DNA of 64,000 bases, taken from the NCBI GenBank assembly GCA_016839805.1, contig JAEOTO010000006.1:1-64000 (forward strand), read 5' to 3'. Positions 48,953 through 58,923 of the stretch are shown here, in pieces. Each line of letters begins with the position of its first letter. Position 1 is the stretch's first letter. Source of the stretch: Candidatus Hermodarchaeota archaeon (GTDB lineage Archaea; Asgardarchaeota; Hermodarchaeia; Hermodarchaeales; Hermodarchaeaceae). The notes beneath the pieces are model-generated. The model searched no databases. It saw nothing but the letters and a program-made list of their open reading frames with translations, and was not told where the DNA came from. The translations under genes were made by a program, and so were the position numbers.

Positions 48953-49859
48953 CTAGTAATTTCGCTCCATCACAATCAACATTCATGACTAAAACGTCAT
49001 GGTCTGGTGTTTTATGCCGATCAAAAATCGCGTTAATTTCTTGAACTTGATCCGGGAACACAAGTGAAAAGACATTTTCACCAAAAATCGCTGTGCTACA
49101 GGTAAATCCTGCTTTATCCGTTTCCTCAAGAACGGAATGAACGCGGTTAGTGATAATTCCAACGTGTTCTGCAAAGTCACGTGAATATTGTAAAAAATTC
49201 GCTACTGTAGGATGGCTTCGTAAGGCTTCTGTTAATAGTTCTCCGCGTTCATTTATGCGCTGCCTTACCTTTCGGTCTTTTAGGTTTTGAGCAGTTGATA
49301 TCGGACCAAAGGGAAGACATACGACCACATAATCTCTACTTGCAGGTAAGATTTCAACCCGCCCAACATCTGGTCCTCCGGCAGCAACTCGGATTTCAAT
49401 ACCACCCACATTTTCTGCAATGACTGTCCCTAAGCCGGTTTTCAACTCGACTTCAACAGTATGTGCTATCTGTGCAACCTCTGTACGCGGTAAATCTAGA
49501 TCTAATGTCTTATTCAAAGCCAAAGCTAAACTCAGGGCTGCTGCGCCACTGGTTCCAAATCCATATCCAATAGGTAATGCGACGTCATGGATAACTTGAA
49601 TATCAAAACCTTGCGAAGGTGTCAACTTTAAAAACCGTGAAATCACGGCCTCCGATACGGAAGCTGATTGGGTTATGTAACCATTAATTCTAACTGAAAC
49701 TCTCGTCTTCTGTGTTCGTGACACCTCGACGTTAGTAGTAACTCCTCGACTCACTGATACACCTGCTCCTCGGGATCCTTTCATTAATGGGTTTTCTGGC
49801 TCGTCACAGATTTGGAAGAATCCAGTAATGTGTCCCGGAGAGAATGCTTTAGCTTTCAT
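48945..49859 (-). CDS. pok: Pantoate kinase (GHMP family)
   Basis: FSPGHITGFF, GSRGAG, PIGYGFGTSGA, AH..E...TGLGTV; start trimmed to MKAKAF. Confidence 0.92.
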   Translation of the reverse strand: MKAKAFSPGHITGFFQICDEPENPLMKGSRGAGVSVSRGVTTNVEVSRTQKTRVSVRINGYITQSASVSEAVISRFLKLTPSQGFDIQVIHDVALPIGYGFGTSGAAALSLALALNKTLDLDLPRTEVAQIAHTVEVELKTGLGTVIAENVGGIEIRVAAGGPDVGRVEILPASRDYVVVCLPFGPISTAQNLKDRKVRQRINERGELLTEALRSHPTVANFLQYSRDFAEHVGIITNRVHSVLEETDKAGFTCSTAIFGENVFSLVFPDQVQEINAIFDRHKTPDHDVLVMNVDCDGAKLLDE

Positions 49860-49882
49860 CACGATGCCTGCCGTAAAACACA

Positions 49883-49905
49883 GTCTAACTCTATTAGAGT
49901 AAGAC
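49883..49905. promoter_or_regulatory. 23-bp palindrome upstream of the pok-pps-panE-panB-coaBC operon
   Basis: GTCTAACTCTA-T-TAGAGTAAGAC, 11-bp arms with 1 mismatch. Confidence 0.55.
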
Positions 49906-50040
49906 GTGTAGTGTATAATGGGAAAATAAATATTTTGTACACGATATTTAAAGAATTTAAATTTCATAAGTAAATGGAGAAAAAGGTCTACATGGTGAGG
50001 TATTTAGTTAATAGATAATTGGAAAAGGAGTCTACACAGC

Positions 50041-50965
50041 ATGGAGTCAGCAAATGCCTTTTGCCCCGGAGGAATTTCAAGTTTTTTTCAAGCTGTCACC
50101 ACTAGTCCAATACCTCGAAGCTTTGATGAGGTATGTCGTATCGGAGCCAGAGGTGGAGGCTTTATCATTGACAAAGGAGTAACTACAAAAATTTCAGTAA
50201 GTCCCGCTTCGGAATCGCAAGTCGAGGTCAGGATAAATAATCAAAATGCACCGGGAGCTAAAGTTACACACGAAGTATGTTCACTCCTATTGGAGAAAGT
50301 GATGTGAAATGGCATATTTCTGTTGATCACGCTGTTGAAGTTCCTATTGGTGCCGGGTATGGAGCCAGTGCAGTGGGTGCTGTAAGCACTGCTATGGCCC
50401 TCTCTAAAGCATTGGGTATTCATTTTACGCTGAATCAAATTGGACAACTCGCTCATACTGCTGAAATACGAAGTGCTACTGGATTGGGTACTGTTAGTGG
50501 TGTAATTCGTGGCGGTGCAATCCTAATCTTAGAGCCTGGGGCTCCAGGTTATGACCGAGTAGATTGGTTACCACTAAATCCATCACATCGAATTGTAACG
50601 GCTAGTTTCGACCCATTTCCAAAGAAAACATCATTTTCTCTAAGAAAGCCTTACGAGTAGTGAATCGTGAAGCTCAACGTGTTTTGGATCAAATTTTGAA
50701 AAATCCTAATCCCGTGTTTTTTATGGACTTATGTCGGGATTTTGCCAAGAAAGCTGGCTTTCTTTCCCAACGGCTTGCTAAGGTCTTGGACAGAGTTATT
50801 GATGCCGAAGCCTTAGGAGCGACCCAGAATATGATTGGAGATGCTTTTCATGCCCTTGTGGATGTTAATTCCATAACTTCTGTTGTGAACTCATTGACTG
50901 ATACTTTTCCCTCCAACGTCGTTCAAGTAATGTTGCCTTCGCGTAGTGGACCAAGATACGTATAA
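50041..50965 (+). pseudogene. Second pantoate kinase paralog with two single-base deletions
   Basis: Three ORF pieces (FCPGGISSFF / PIGAGYGASA..GLGTV / QNMIG); adding A at about 50297 and G at about 50610 restores a 308-aa frame. Confidence 0.8.
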
Positions 50966-50977
50966 GGCTAGACTGTC

Positions 50978-51760
50978 TTGTACAATACAGAAGTGAAGCA
51001 TATGAAGGGGTCTTCAATTTTCCTTCCTCAAATGCCCAAATCTCTTCTCATCTCAATTACTGCAATCATGGCTGCTTTAATTGCTGTACTGACAATTTCT
51101 TTTCAAATTGCTGTCCCCGCTACTCAAGGCTACTTTAACCTCGGCGAGGTCGGTGTCTATATTTCAGCTCTCTTGTTTGGTCCTGTAATCGGTGGATTAG
51201 CTGGGGGAATTGGGTCGATGACAGCTGATCTCGCCACTGGATATGTGATATATGCTCCTGGCACGTTAGTTATCAAAGGAATGGAAGGATTTCTTGTTGG
51301 CTATTTGAGCTTTGCTTTTCGCGACCGATTGGCACCAAAACCATTGAGATATCTTGGAATGGGTCTAGGTATAGGATTGGCAATTTGTCTAGCGGTTATT
51401 GGTGTGTTACGATTTAGTGGAGAAATAGAGTTTATTGGTGGCCCCGAAGTCCCCTGGTGGTTAATTCCTTTCTTTCTTCCATCTTGGGTGTGGTTTATTC
51501 TAGCGGGAGTTCTTGGGTCAATGACCGTTTTCATAACAGTCAGATATGAGCCTAAAGCTGCTTGGAATGTATTTGCAATGCTGCTAGGTGGGATAGTGAT
51601 GATTAGTGGATACTTCCTTTATGAATTGATGATTTTTGGCACAGCGGCAATAGCTGAATTGCCTGTGAATTTCATGCAAGTCATAATTGGGATAATGGTT
51701 GCGTTACCAATCACAGAGCGGTTATTACCAACCCTGAAGAATTTAGGCTGGATAAGCTAA
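50978..51760 (+). CDS. ECF transporter S component
   Basis: AIMAAL, P.T.GYFNLG, GGIGS..ADL, PGTLVIKG.EG, N..Q; extra internal TM hairpin. Confidence 0.85.
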   Translation: MYNTEVKHMKGSSIFLPQMPKSLLISITAIMAALIAVLTISFQIAVPATQGYFNLGEVGVYISALLFGPVIGGLAGGIGSMTADLATGYVIYAPGTLVIKGMEGFLVGYLSFAFRDRLAPKPLRYLGMGLGIGLAICLAVIGVLRFSGEIEFIGGPEVPWWLIPFFLPSWVWFILAGVLGSMTVFITVRYEPKAAWNVFAMLLGGIVMISGYFLYELMIFGTAAIAELPVNFMQVIIGIMVALPITERLLPTLKNLGWIS

Positions 51761-51828
51761 ACCTGAATGTAGGCGCAGGTTTTTAGCGGTGTGAATCAAG
51801 TTTTAATTCCAATATAGCGCTGTTATCC

Positions 51829-52233
51829 GTGTTGCCGATGACCGAACCGGACCTCCCTGAAGACCCAATGGAAGCTATTATGCAGATCCTTAGAGAGGCT
51901 GAACAAGGTGTTGATGGAATTCGGGGAGTGGCGGTCGTTTCTACAGATGGTCTTCCAATGGCTAGTGCGGTTGATGCGAAGATCGGGGAAGCTGAGTTAG
52001 CAGCTTTAGCTTCCTCCATGTTATCAATTGGATCAACAGCCATAGACAATCTCAAGAAAGGTGAACTGGATAGCATTTATGTGAAATGTGATAAGGGCTA
52101 TATTCTTCTCAGATACAGCGGACCGCTTGCCGTTGTCCTTTTTATCACAGAGGAGAATGCAAGGCTAGGACCCCTCTTACTTGAATTAAAGCGCACTGCT
52201 CAACGTCTTGAAAAAATGCTAGGGTTTGGTTAA
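51829..52233 (+). CDS. Roadblock/LC7 protein
   Basis: AVVSTDGLPMAS, LAAL, LKKGELD.I.V....GY, ARLG. Confidence 0.92.
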   Translation: MLPMTEPDLPEDPMEAIMQILREAEQGVDGIRGVAVVSTDGLPMASAVDAKIGEAELAALASSMLSIGSTAIDNLKKGELDSIYVKCDKGYILLRYSGPLAVVLFITEENARLGPLLLELKRTAQRLEKMLGFG

Positions 52234-52256
52234 TCCATCTAGTTTCGGTTGGGTTC

Positions 52257-53048
52257 CTAAAACCCTAAATGCTCAATAACAGCTTCAACGCCGATGTCCT
52301 TTCTAATGCTTGTACGGAACACCACAAGCTTGGGGTTAATCTGTTTTGCATCCCGTTCGAGCTGATCAACATCAACTTCCATGACTTCAGCCAAATCGAT
52401 TTTATTAATTACAAGAATATCTGCTTCATGAAACATCACAGGGTGTTTTTGAATCATCCATGGGCCCTCTGTAACACTGACAACTACAAGTCGAAGATGA
52501 CTGCCTAAGGGGAAATCTGCAGGGCATATCAGGTTCCCAACATTTTCAATAATCAGTATCTTCGTCGAAGCCAAATCAATCGATTGCAAGGCTTTTTGAA
52601 TCAACTTTGCGTCAAGATGACACTCAACTCCAGTATTAACTTGAATTGTTCGAACTCCCTGTTGGGCAATGCGATCTGCATCAATGGTAGTTGTGACATC
52701 ACCTGCAATCACAAGAATCTCATCTCGGCGATGGGCCAGTTTTCGGGAAATTGCCTCAACTAACGAAGTTTTTCCTGATCCAACACTCCCCAAAATGTTG
52801 ATAGTGCGGATTCCATGTTTTTCAAAAAATTGTAAATTATTGCGAGCGAGTTTTTTATTGCGTTCCATGAAATTTTCTTCTAACGTAATATCCACAGTTT
52901 CACTGCTAGGAGGATGTGAATGTCCATGATGATGACCATGTGCATGGTCATGATGGTGTTCTCCCTCATCTGGTGTGATTACAATTGGCTTTTCTTTCTT
53001 ATCTTCTGGCACTAGTGCGTTACCTCCATACAAGAGATACTCATCCAA
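52257..53048 (-). CDS. hypB: Hydrogenase nickel-incorporation GTPase
   Basis: His-rich N-terminus, GSVGSGKT, CHLDA, ENVGNLICP, SVTEG, NKIDL. Confidence 0.94.
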   Translation of the reverse strand: MDEYLLYGGNALVPEDKKEKPIVITPDEGEHHHDHAHGHHHGHSHPPSSETVDITLEENFMERNKKLARNNLQFFEKHGIRTINILGSVGSGKTSLVEAISRKLAHRRDEILVIAGDVTTTIDADRIAQQGVRTIQVNTGVECHLDAKLIQKALQSIDLASTKILIIENVGNLICPADFPLGSHLRLVVVSVTEGPWMIQKHPVMFHEADILVINKIDLAEVMEVDVDQLERDAKQINPKLVVFRTSIRKDIGVEAVIEHLGF

Positions 53049-53164
53049 CTGTTCTTTTTCAATTATTCCATCATTCTAGGAGTCGGATAATAACCCGACT
53101 CAAATCAGTTCTGTTTTAAATATATAGAAGGTGCACCATAAGAGATGGGGTTGGAGGTCTTTCG

Positions 53165-53965
53165 GTGCAGGCACTTCATATTACTGAAACTCGAGCCATT
53201 GTACCAGTTACTCGAAAACTTTCGCAACTTCGATTTACATTAGAAGATTTGATTGGACCAGCTGCTGCCTCTGCTGAGGAAGAACCAGAAGCACCAGGAG
53301 GTCTACGAGGACGTTTAAGTAGCCGGCGAATAGGGCAATTACTTCCGAATGCCGTCTTACAATGTCAGAAAGCCTCTTCAGAGTTTATTGAATTGAATCT
53401 AACATACGATCGAACGGTGCGAATTCCTGAATATGTCACTCGAGAAAGACGCTATAGGACCTTCACATACACCGCCAGTTCTGAGATTCTTTGGCGTCCT
53501 GAAACTGGTTTTTGTTTTGTCATGGATATACCCAAGCGGGCAATCAAAGCAGTAACTTGGATATTATCGTCAGCAGTTCTGGGCTATCCCGGTCGGTTAT
53601 CTAGCTACGATTTAAGTCAAGCTAAAATGCGTAAAGTAATTCAGTTTCTAACAAAATCATCACCAGGTGGACCGGGTGAACTTGTTCGTGCCGTCTTTCG
53701 AGATATTGAAATGAACGGAAACTTTTTCGAGGAAGTGAATATTCGCGCGCGGGATTTGAATAAATTAGATCTGTATAAAGAAGTCGTAAAAAGCGCTGGG
53801 CATATTCACGCAATTAGTTTTGTCACACCTATCATTATGGATATTGGGCGCGCTCTTGTATGTCGAATGGATTCAAGTGGTGCAATGCAGATTTACTCTC
53901 AAAGACTAGCCTCTGATTCGCTACGCGCCCTCCTTCTCTGGCTTGAGGAAATGTTTGCGAAGTAA
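53165..53965 (+). CDS. Hypothetical protein
   Basis: 266-aa ORF, GTG start with GGAGG upstream. Confidence 0.75.
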   Translation: MQALHITETRAIVPVTRKLSQLRFTLEDLIGPAAASAEEEPEAPGGLRGRLSSRRIGQLLPNAVLQCQKASSEFIELNLTYDRTVRIPEYVTRERRYRTFTYTASSEILWRPETGFCFVMDIPKRAIKAVTWILSSAVLGYPGRLSSYDLSQAKMRKVIQFLTKSSPGGPGELVRAVFRDIEMNGNFFEEVNIRARDLNKLDLYKEVVKSAGHIHAISFVTPIIMDIGRALVCRMDSSGAMQIYSQRLASDSLRALLLWLEEMFAK

Positions 53966-54057
53966 TCTAAAGACACTATACGGATAACCTGGCATCCACT
54001 AAGCTTATTTGTATCTGGTTAAAGGTAAGGAACACTGCTACGTGAGGAAAGCTGCTT

Positions 54058-54948
54058 ATGGTTATTATCACAAGTGGAAGCCCGTCCAAAACACTTGCAT
54101 GGAAAGTTGCTCAAAAACTTAATGCCACATATCTCGACACCGAAGTGAAGCGATTTCCAGATGGAGAAACATATCTTCGATTTTTGGGTAAAGTTGAAAA
54201 AGAAGACGTTATTGTCGTCCAATCACTTGGGCACCAACCCAACCATTATCTTGTAGAACTATTCCTTATGCTCGATGCTCTCAAGGATCTTCAAGCAAAA
54301 CAAGTTACTGCCGTTCTTCCCTATTTCGCCTACGCTCGCCAGGACGAACGTTTCAAATCCGGCGAAGCTGTGAGCCTCAAAACGGTAAGTCGCCTTGTTG
54401 AGGCTGCGGGTGCAGATAATATTTTCACAATAGACTCTCATCGTCACCGAGTCGTCGATCAGGATGACTTGACCACTGTACCTCTACAAGATTTGACCGC
54501 TATGGCTGAATTAGCAAAGTACATGAACTCAAAGTATGATCTGCACAATCCGGCAGTAATTGGACCTGATGCTGAAGCAGGAGCATGGGCAAAAATCGCG
54601 GCTGACGCCATTTCAGTAGAATATGATGCGTTGGAAAAGAAGCGATTCGATGCTGAAACAGTTGAAATCAAGCCTCGACGCCTTGATATTGAAGGTCGGG
54701 ATATCCTTATTGTTGATGATATAATCAGTACGGGTAATACAATCATTAAAGCCATAGATGTCTTGAAGAAAAATGGCGCTAAAGACATCTACGTTGCCTG
54801 TACACACCCTCTCTTAGTTCTCAATGCTCTCGTTCGCATATATCAGGCTGGCGCTATTGAGGTTGTTGGAACCGATACGGTGCAATCAGCTATTAGTAAT
54901 GTCTCCGTAGCTCCTGTCATTGCAAATGCCATTAAGAAGATGAAATGA
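54058..54948 (+). CDS. prs: Ribose-phosphate pyrophosphokinase
   Basis: FPDGE, PY.AYARQD, VDDIISTG.T, ACTH. Confidence 0.95.
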   Translation: MVIITSGSPSKTLAWKVAQKLNATYLDTEVKRFPDGETYLRFLGKVEKEDVIVVQSLGHQPNHYLVELFLMLDALKDLQAKQVTAVLPYFAYARQDERFKSGEAVSLKTVSRLVEAAGADNIFTIDSHRHRVVDQDDLTTVPLQDLTAMAELAKYMNSKYDLHNPAVIGPDAEAGAWAKIAADAISVEYDALEKKRFDAETVEIKPRRLDIEGRDILIVDDIISTGNTIIKAIDVLKKNGAKDIYVACTHPLLVLNALVRIYQAGAIEVVGTDTVQSAISNVSVAPVIANAIKKMK

Positions 54949-54951
54949 CTG

Positions 54952-55227
54952 GTGAACCCAAGAATGGCCTCTCAAACACGAAAATATTGGAAAGCACTCA
55001 AATGTCCTGTATGTGGTCAACGTGCTGTCTTTTACGTAACAATGGCAGCAGTGAAGGATGCTACCCAGTATCCAGTACCATTTGAAGTGATCCACGAAGA
55101 CCATAAGTTCCTCATTTACCTTGATTCCGGTCTTTTGATTAGCCGAATTGAAGAACCTCAACCACCACTATCCTCCCCATCACAATCAACGAAAAAGAAG
55201 AAAACAAAAAGGAAAAAGACTAAATAA
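54952..55227 (+). CDS. Small putative Zn-binding protein with Lys-rich tail
   Basis: CPVC...H.DH; KKKKTKRKKTK. Confidence 0.65.
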   Translation: MNPRMASQTRKYWKALKCPVCGQRAVFYVTMAAVKDATQYPVPFEVIHEDHKFLIYLDSGLLISRIEEPQPPLSSPSQSTKKKKTKRKKTK

Positions 55228-55251
55228 TGCACCATAATCTTTCAGCGTTAA

Positions 55252-55353
55252 AGCCCGGTAGTGTAGTGGTCAATCATCCGAGGCTCTGGGTCCGTCACTA
55301 TAATACGGTGGAGACACCTTGGGACCGCGGTTCGAATCCGCGCCGGGCTACCA
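55252..55353 (+). tRNA. tRNA-Gln(CUG) with a 26-nt canonical 37/38 intron (55290-55315)
   Basis: AGCCCGG/CCGGGCT acceptor (A1-U72), CGAGG CT CTG G|A CCTTG, TTCGAAT, ACCA; BHB helix CTCT/GGAG. Confidence 0.95.
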
Positions 55354-55367
55354 CTTTTCTGTTGATA

Positions 55368-55916
55368 TTATCGATCAAAGAAAGGACTTTTTCCACTTGC
55401 CGCTAATGGGATGCCAATTACGATTGTACAATCAGGCATAAGCTTGAGCTGATATGCCCCTACCCCTGCACGAAAGAATATGCGATTATCCACATTATGA
55501 ATTTGTGCAGTTTTAACCGCGCTACCGATAGCGATGCCTAAATCGAGAGCTTTGATAATACAAGTAGGGCCTGCAAAGAAGGTTCCTTCTTTTCGTCCTG
55601 CTTTGAGCATCTGTCCGCAATTTTCGTATCCACATGCGCCGCACTGAGTACCTAATGCCTTAGGACCTTTTAACCCAATCAACACCAAGGCATTACATAG
55701 TTCAACATTTTTTGCATCCCGCGTCCAGTGGTCGTCTGGATTTTTTGCTATCTTATGCATTTCCTTGGCGACGGCATCTTTTTCCTTTCCTGTGAGAATC
55801 ATGGTTTCGATATCATCGGCCCCTTTTCCCTTGGGAGCTGTTCGTGCGGCAAGTAACATAAGCCGTGCAACATCGATTACGGATTTCTCTTCTTCTTCCA
55901 GACCTTGGATTCGCAT
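55368..55916 (-). CDS. DUF2148 ferredoxin-domain (nitroreductase-like) protein
   Basis: AARTAPK..G.D, CGACG..C, DLGIAIGSAVK, VDNRI, KSPFFDR. Confidence 0.85.
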   Translation of the reverse strand: MRIQGLEEEEKSVIDVARLMLLAARTAPKGKGADDIETMILTGKEKDAVAKEMHKIAKNPDDHWTRDAKNVELCNALVLIGLKGPKALGTQCGACGYENCGQMLKAGRKEGTFFAGPTCIIKALDLGIAIGSAVKTAQIHNVDNRIFFRAGVGAYQLKLMPDCTIVIGIPLAASGKSPFFDR

Positions 55917-56106
55917 AATAACACCGATGACAACAACAAGGGTCTGAGCCTTTAGTGTTTACCATCAACTGAATCAATTATACTAGCAACAAACCAATCC
56001 TCTTTAAAGAATGGTTGAAACAACCTTCACGTGATCAATGCTGAACTAACAAAAATCTAAAAACCGAATTTTTATTGTAACTGCTGGCTAGTTATTAACC
56101 CAATCA

Positions 56107-57135
56107 GTGGGTAACAATTTCCAGTATGAGGTAAGCTTCTTGTCAAGATTAATTCGGGTCTCTGTGGGTACAGCAGCAGTACTGAAGTTAGTTCATTGTA
56201 AACTCGACGCCCAACCCACAACTGCATACACGATGACTTTCTCAAAAAACCGGTGTATTGCTAATTGTGCTTTTTGTGCACAGGCTAGCGGAAGTGAAAC
56301 AAAGGCAAATCGTCTCTCACGGGTAACTTGGCCCAAGTTTGCTCTCACCCAATTTATTAACAACCTTTCACTAAGAAAATTCCAGGCACAATTTCAACGG
56401 CTTTGTGTTCAAACAATCTGTTATCCAAATCTAATCGATGATCTAAGGTACGTTACTGAAACATTTTCCCAGAAACTTCCAAATATTCCCCTTTCTTTAG
56501 CTCTACCTCCTATCGGAAAAAAAACACTACAGGACTTTTTCGATATGGGTATCGATCGGATCGCTATCTCACTCGATGCCATAACACCTACCATTTTTGA
56601 TAGAATTAAGGGGACAGGTGTTAACGGTCCCTTTACTTGGAATCAACACTTCCAAGCCCTCAAGTCGGTTTTATCGGTTTTTGGTCCGGGTCGAACTACC
56701 ACTCATCTCATTATTGGACTGGGTGAAACAGAAAAACAAGCAGTAAAATTAATCCAAAAACTAACAGACAAAGGTATAACTATCGGTCTTTTTCCATTCA
56801 CACCAATAGCTGGAACTCGGTTAGAAAACCATAATCGCCCTGATATCGACCATTATAGACGCATCCAATTAGCTCACTATCTCATCCAAAATCACAAAAT
56901 CGAAGCTGCACAAATGCAATACAATACTCAGAATCAGCTTAGCAACTTTGGACTCTCAAATAAGGTATTAACTACAATTATCACTCGGGGAGAAGCATTT
57001 CAAACTGCCGGCTGCCCCTCCTGCAATCGTCCCTTCTTTACTGAAAAACCTGGAGGACCTCTTTATAACCATCCAACACCACCAGACGCACAAGGACTCG
57101 ACGCAATTCAGAAACAATTAGGAGGATTACTCTAA
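56107..57135 (+). CDS. lipS2: Archaeal lipoyl synthase subunit LipS2
   Basis: CIANCAFC radical SAM motif, LSRVTWP, TAGCPSCNRP signature. Confidence 0.85.
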   Translation: MGNNFQYEVSFLSRLIRVSVGTAAVLKLVHCKLDAQPTTAYTMTFSKNRCIANCAFCAQASGSETKANRLSRVTWPKFALTQFINNLSLRKFQAQFQRLCVQTICYPNLIDDLRYVTETFSQKLPNIPLSLALPPIGKKTLQDFFDMGIDRIAISLDAITPTIFDRIKGTGVNGPFTWNQHFQALKSVLSVFGPGRTTTHLIIGLGETEKQAVKLIQKLTDKGITIGLFPFTPIAGTRLENHNRPDIDHYRRIQLAHYLIQNHKIEAAQMQYNTQNQLSNFGLSNKVLTTIITRGEAFQTAGCPSCNRPFFTEKPGGPLYNHPTPPDAQGLDAIQKQLGGLL

Positions 57136-57138
57136 ACC

Positions 57139-57936
57139 ATGGTCCAATTATGGCGACTAATACGCACCGGAATCTTCAACGCATTCGAAAACATGGCCAT
57201 TGACCACATTTTACTCGATGCTCTTCATAAGGATACAGCTGCAAACACCATTCGATTTTACCGTTGGAATCCCTCCGCAGTGTCCATTGGACGATTTCAA
57301 CATCTAGAAGATGAGGTAGATGTGAACGCTTGCCAAGTACTCAATATTGACGTTGTCCGTCGCATCTCGAGCGGTGGCGCTGTATATCACGACTTTGAAG
57401 GTGAGCTCACCTATAGCATTCTTTGCCGCATTGATAATGCCCAACTACCAACTGATATCATCGAAACCTACCAACACTTATGCAATGGACTGTTGAAGGG
57501 ACTCAACCGGCTCGGTATTCGAGCAAAATTTTCTTCAGGATCTGAAACCTTCTGTCCCAATCTATTTGTAAAAAAACGAAAAATTTCTGGGAACGCTCAA
57601 TCACGCCGTGGTAATACCCTCTTACAACATGGCACAATTTTACGCCAACTTGACCTCACTAGAATGTTTGCAGCACTTAAAGTAAACAAAAGCAAAGCTG
57701 ATGCTGAAGTAATGAAAAAAGCAGCAACTCGTATAACATCACTTCAACATGAACTCGGGAAGCCTCCTACATTTGGACAAATTGAAGAGGCTCTAATCGA
57801 AGGTTTAGCCGGTGCCTTACCCGCCAGGTTTTATGAGGAAGGATTAACCGAAGCTGAACTCCAATCTGCTCGCAAAATTGCTGCCTCCTGGTACGCGAAG
57901 CCCGAATGGACTTTTCGGCGGGGGTTTCAACAATGA
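57139..57936 (+). CDS. Lipoate/octanoate-protein ligase (LplA/LipM catalytic domain)
   Basis: NMAID, SIG.FQ, RRISSGGAVYHD, KISGNAQ, LQHGT. Confidence 0.9.
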   Translation: MVQLWRLIRTGIFNAFENMAIDHILLDALHKDTAANTIRFYRWNPSAVSIGRFQHLEDEVDVNACQVLNIDVVRRISSGGAVYHDFEGELTYSILCRIDNAQLPTDIIETYQHLCNGLLKGLNRLGIRAKFSSGSETFCPNLFVKKRKISGNAQSRRGNTLLQHGTILRQLDLTRMFAALKVNKSKADAEVMKKAATRITSLQHELGKPPTFGQIEEALIEGLAGALPARFYEEGLTEAELQSARKIAASWYAKPEWTFRRGFQQ

Positions 57937-58892
57937 TCCCTTTTTCCAAACCTGAAACAATCTTGAAATCCTGGTTCACTACTCCTCGTTCCGAACTCGC
58001 CGAATTGTTTAGTCAAGCTCAACACATCACTGAACGGGTGTTCAATCGCCAAATCACAATCTATAACCCTGGATCACAATTTCCTGCAATTTCAATTACT
58101 GGAAAACACTGCCAATTAAACTGTAAACATTGTGAAGGACACTTTCTCCACCAAATGACCCCTCTAATACGTCCAAATGATCTACTGGCCTTTTGCCGAG
58201 AATTAGCTCAAAAAAATGGTGTAGGCTGCCTAATTAGTGGTGGCTGTGATTCAGAGGGCACTGTCCCGCTCACACCCTTTATCTCAACCCTCAAAAAGAT
58301 TAAACAAACAACGAAGCTTTTTCTCAACGTACATACCGGTTTCCTTGATTATTCAGATGCAAAACTTCTGGCTGAAACAGGGATTGATTGCACCTCAGTG
58401 GACATTGTTGGTGATATCTCAACCCTCCATGAAATATACGGGCTTTCCCGGCGCTCAATTGACGACTACATTACGACCCTGAAAGTACTTGAACAAAACC
58501 AAATACCAGTTACTCCACACATTTGTGTTGGTCTCCACCAAGGTCAACTAAAGGGTGAACTTGCAGCTCTTGAACTAATCAAATCCGTTCTACAACCACG
58601 AGTCCTCGTCATAATCGCCTTGATGCCAACTCAGGGAACGTCTATGGCTACCAGCCCAGCCGCAAATCCTCTGGACGTTGCTAAAGTGTGTGCACTTACA
58701 CGGCTTCTTTTTCCAAGAAGTGAGATTGCTCTTGGGTGTATGAGACCTCGTGGGAGTATCCGACGAGAAACCGAACAGCTAGCAATACGAGCAGGTGTAA
58801 CGCGATTGGTACAACCTACCAAGATGACTATACAATATCTTCGGGAGAACGATTACAAAATTCAAACTAAGAATGCATGTTGTGTTATGTAA
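57933..58892 (+). CDS. lipS1: Archaeal lipoyl synthase subunit LipS1
   Basis: SITG..CQLNCKHC, LISGG, LGCMRP, C-terminal CC; start at ATGA overlap. Confidence 0.85.
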   Translation: MIPFSKPETILKSWFTTPRSELAELFSQAQHITERVFNRQITIYNPGSQFPAISITGKHCQLNCKHCEGHFLHQMTPLIRPNDLLAFCRELAQKNGVGCLISGGCDSEGTVPLTPFISTLKKIKQTTKLFLNVHTGFLDYSDAKLLAETGIDCTSVDIVGDISTLHEIYGLSRRSIDDYITTLKVLEQNQIPVTPHICVGLHQGQLKGELAALELIKSVLQPRVLVIIALMPTQGTSMATSPAANPLDVAKVCALTRLLFPRSEIALGCMRPRGSIRRETEQLAIRAGVTRLVQPTKMTIQYLRENDYKIQTKNACCVM

Positions 58893-58923
58893 TTTCTGAA
58901 CTTCTGAGCGAGTTTAGAAAATA

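Noticed and set aside
49860-49967. 36-aa N-terminal extension of pok in the ORF track
   Set aside because: AT-rich promoter sequence; homology begins at MKAKAF.
50290-50665. Programmed frameshifting or Sec/Pyl readthrough in the second pantoate kinase
   Set aside because: The frames change rather than read through; no X XXY YYZ slippery heptamer at either site; simple deletions explain both.
52915-52965. His-rich repeat in hypB
   Set aside because: Ordinary nickel-binding tract.
55252-55367. tRNA-Gln (or tRNA-His) as an integration site
   Set aside because: No integrase and no repeat of a tRNA 3' end seen; the flanks are housekeeping genes.
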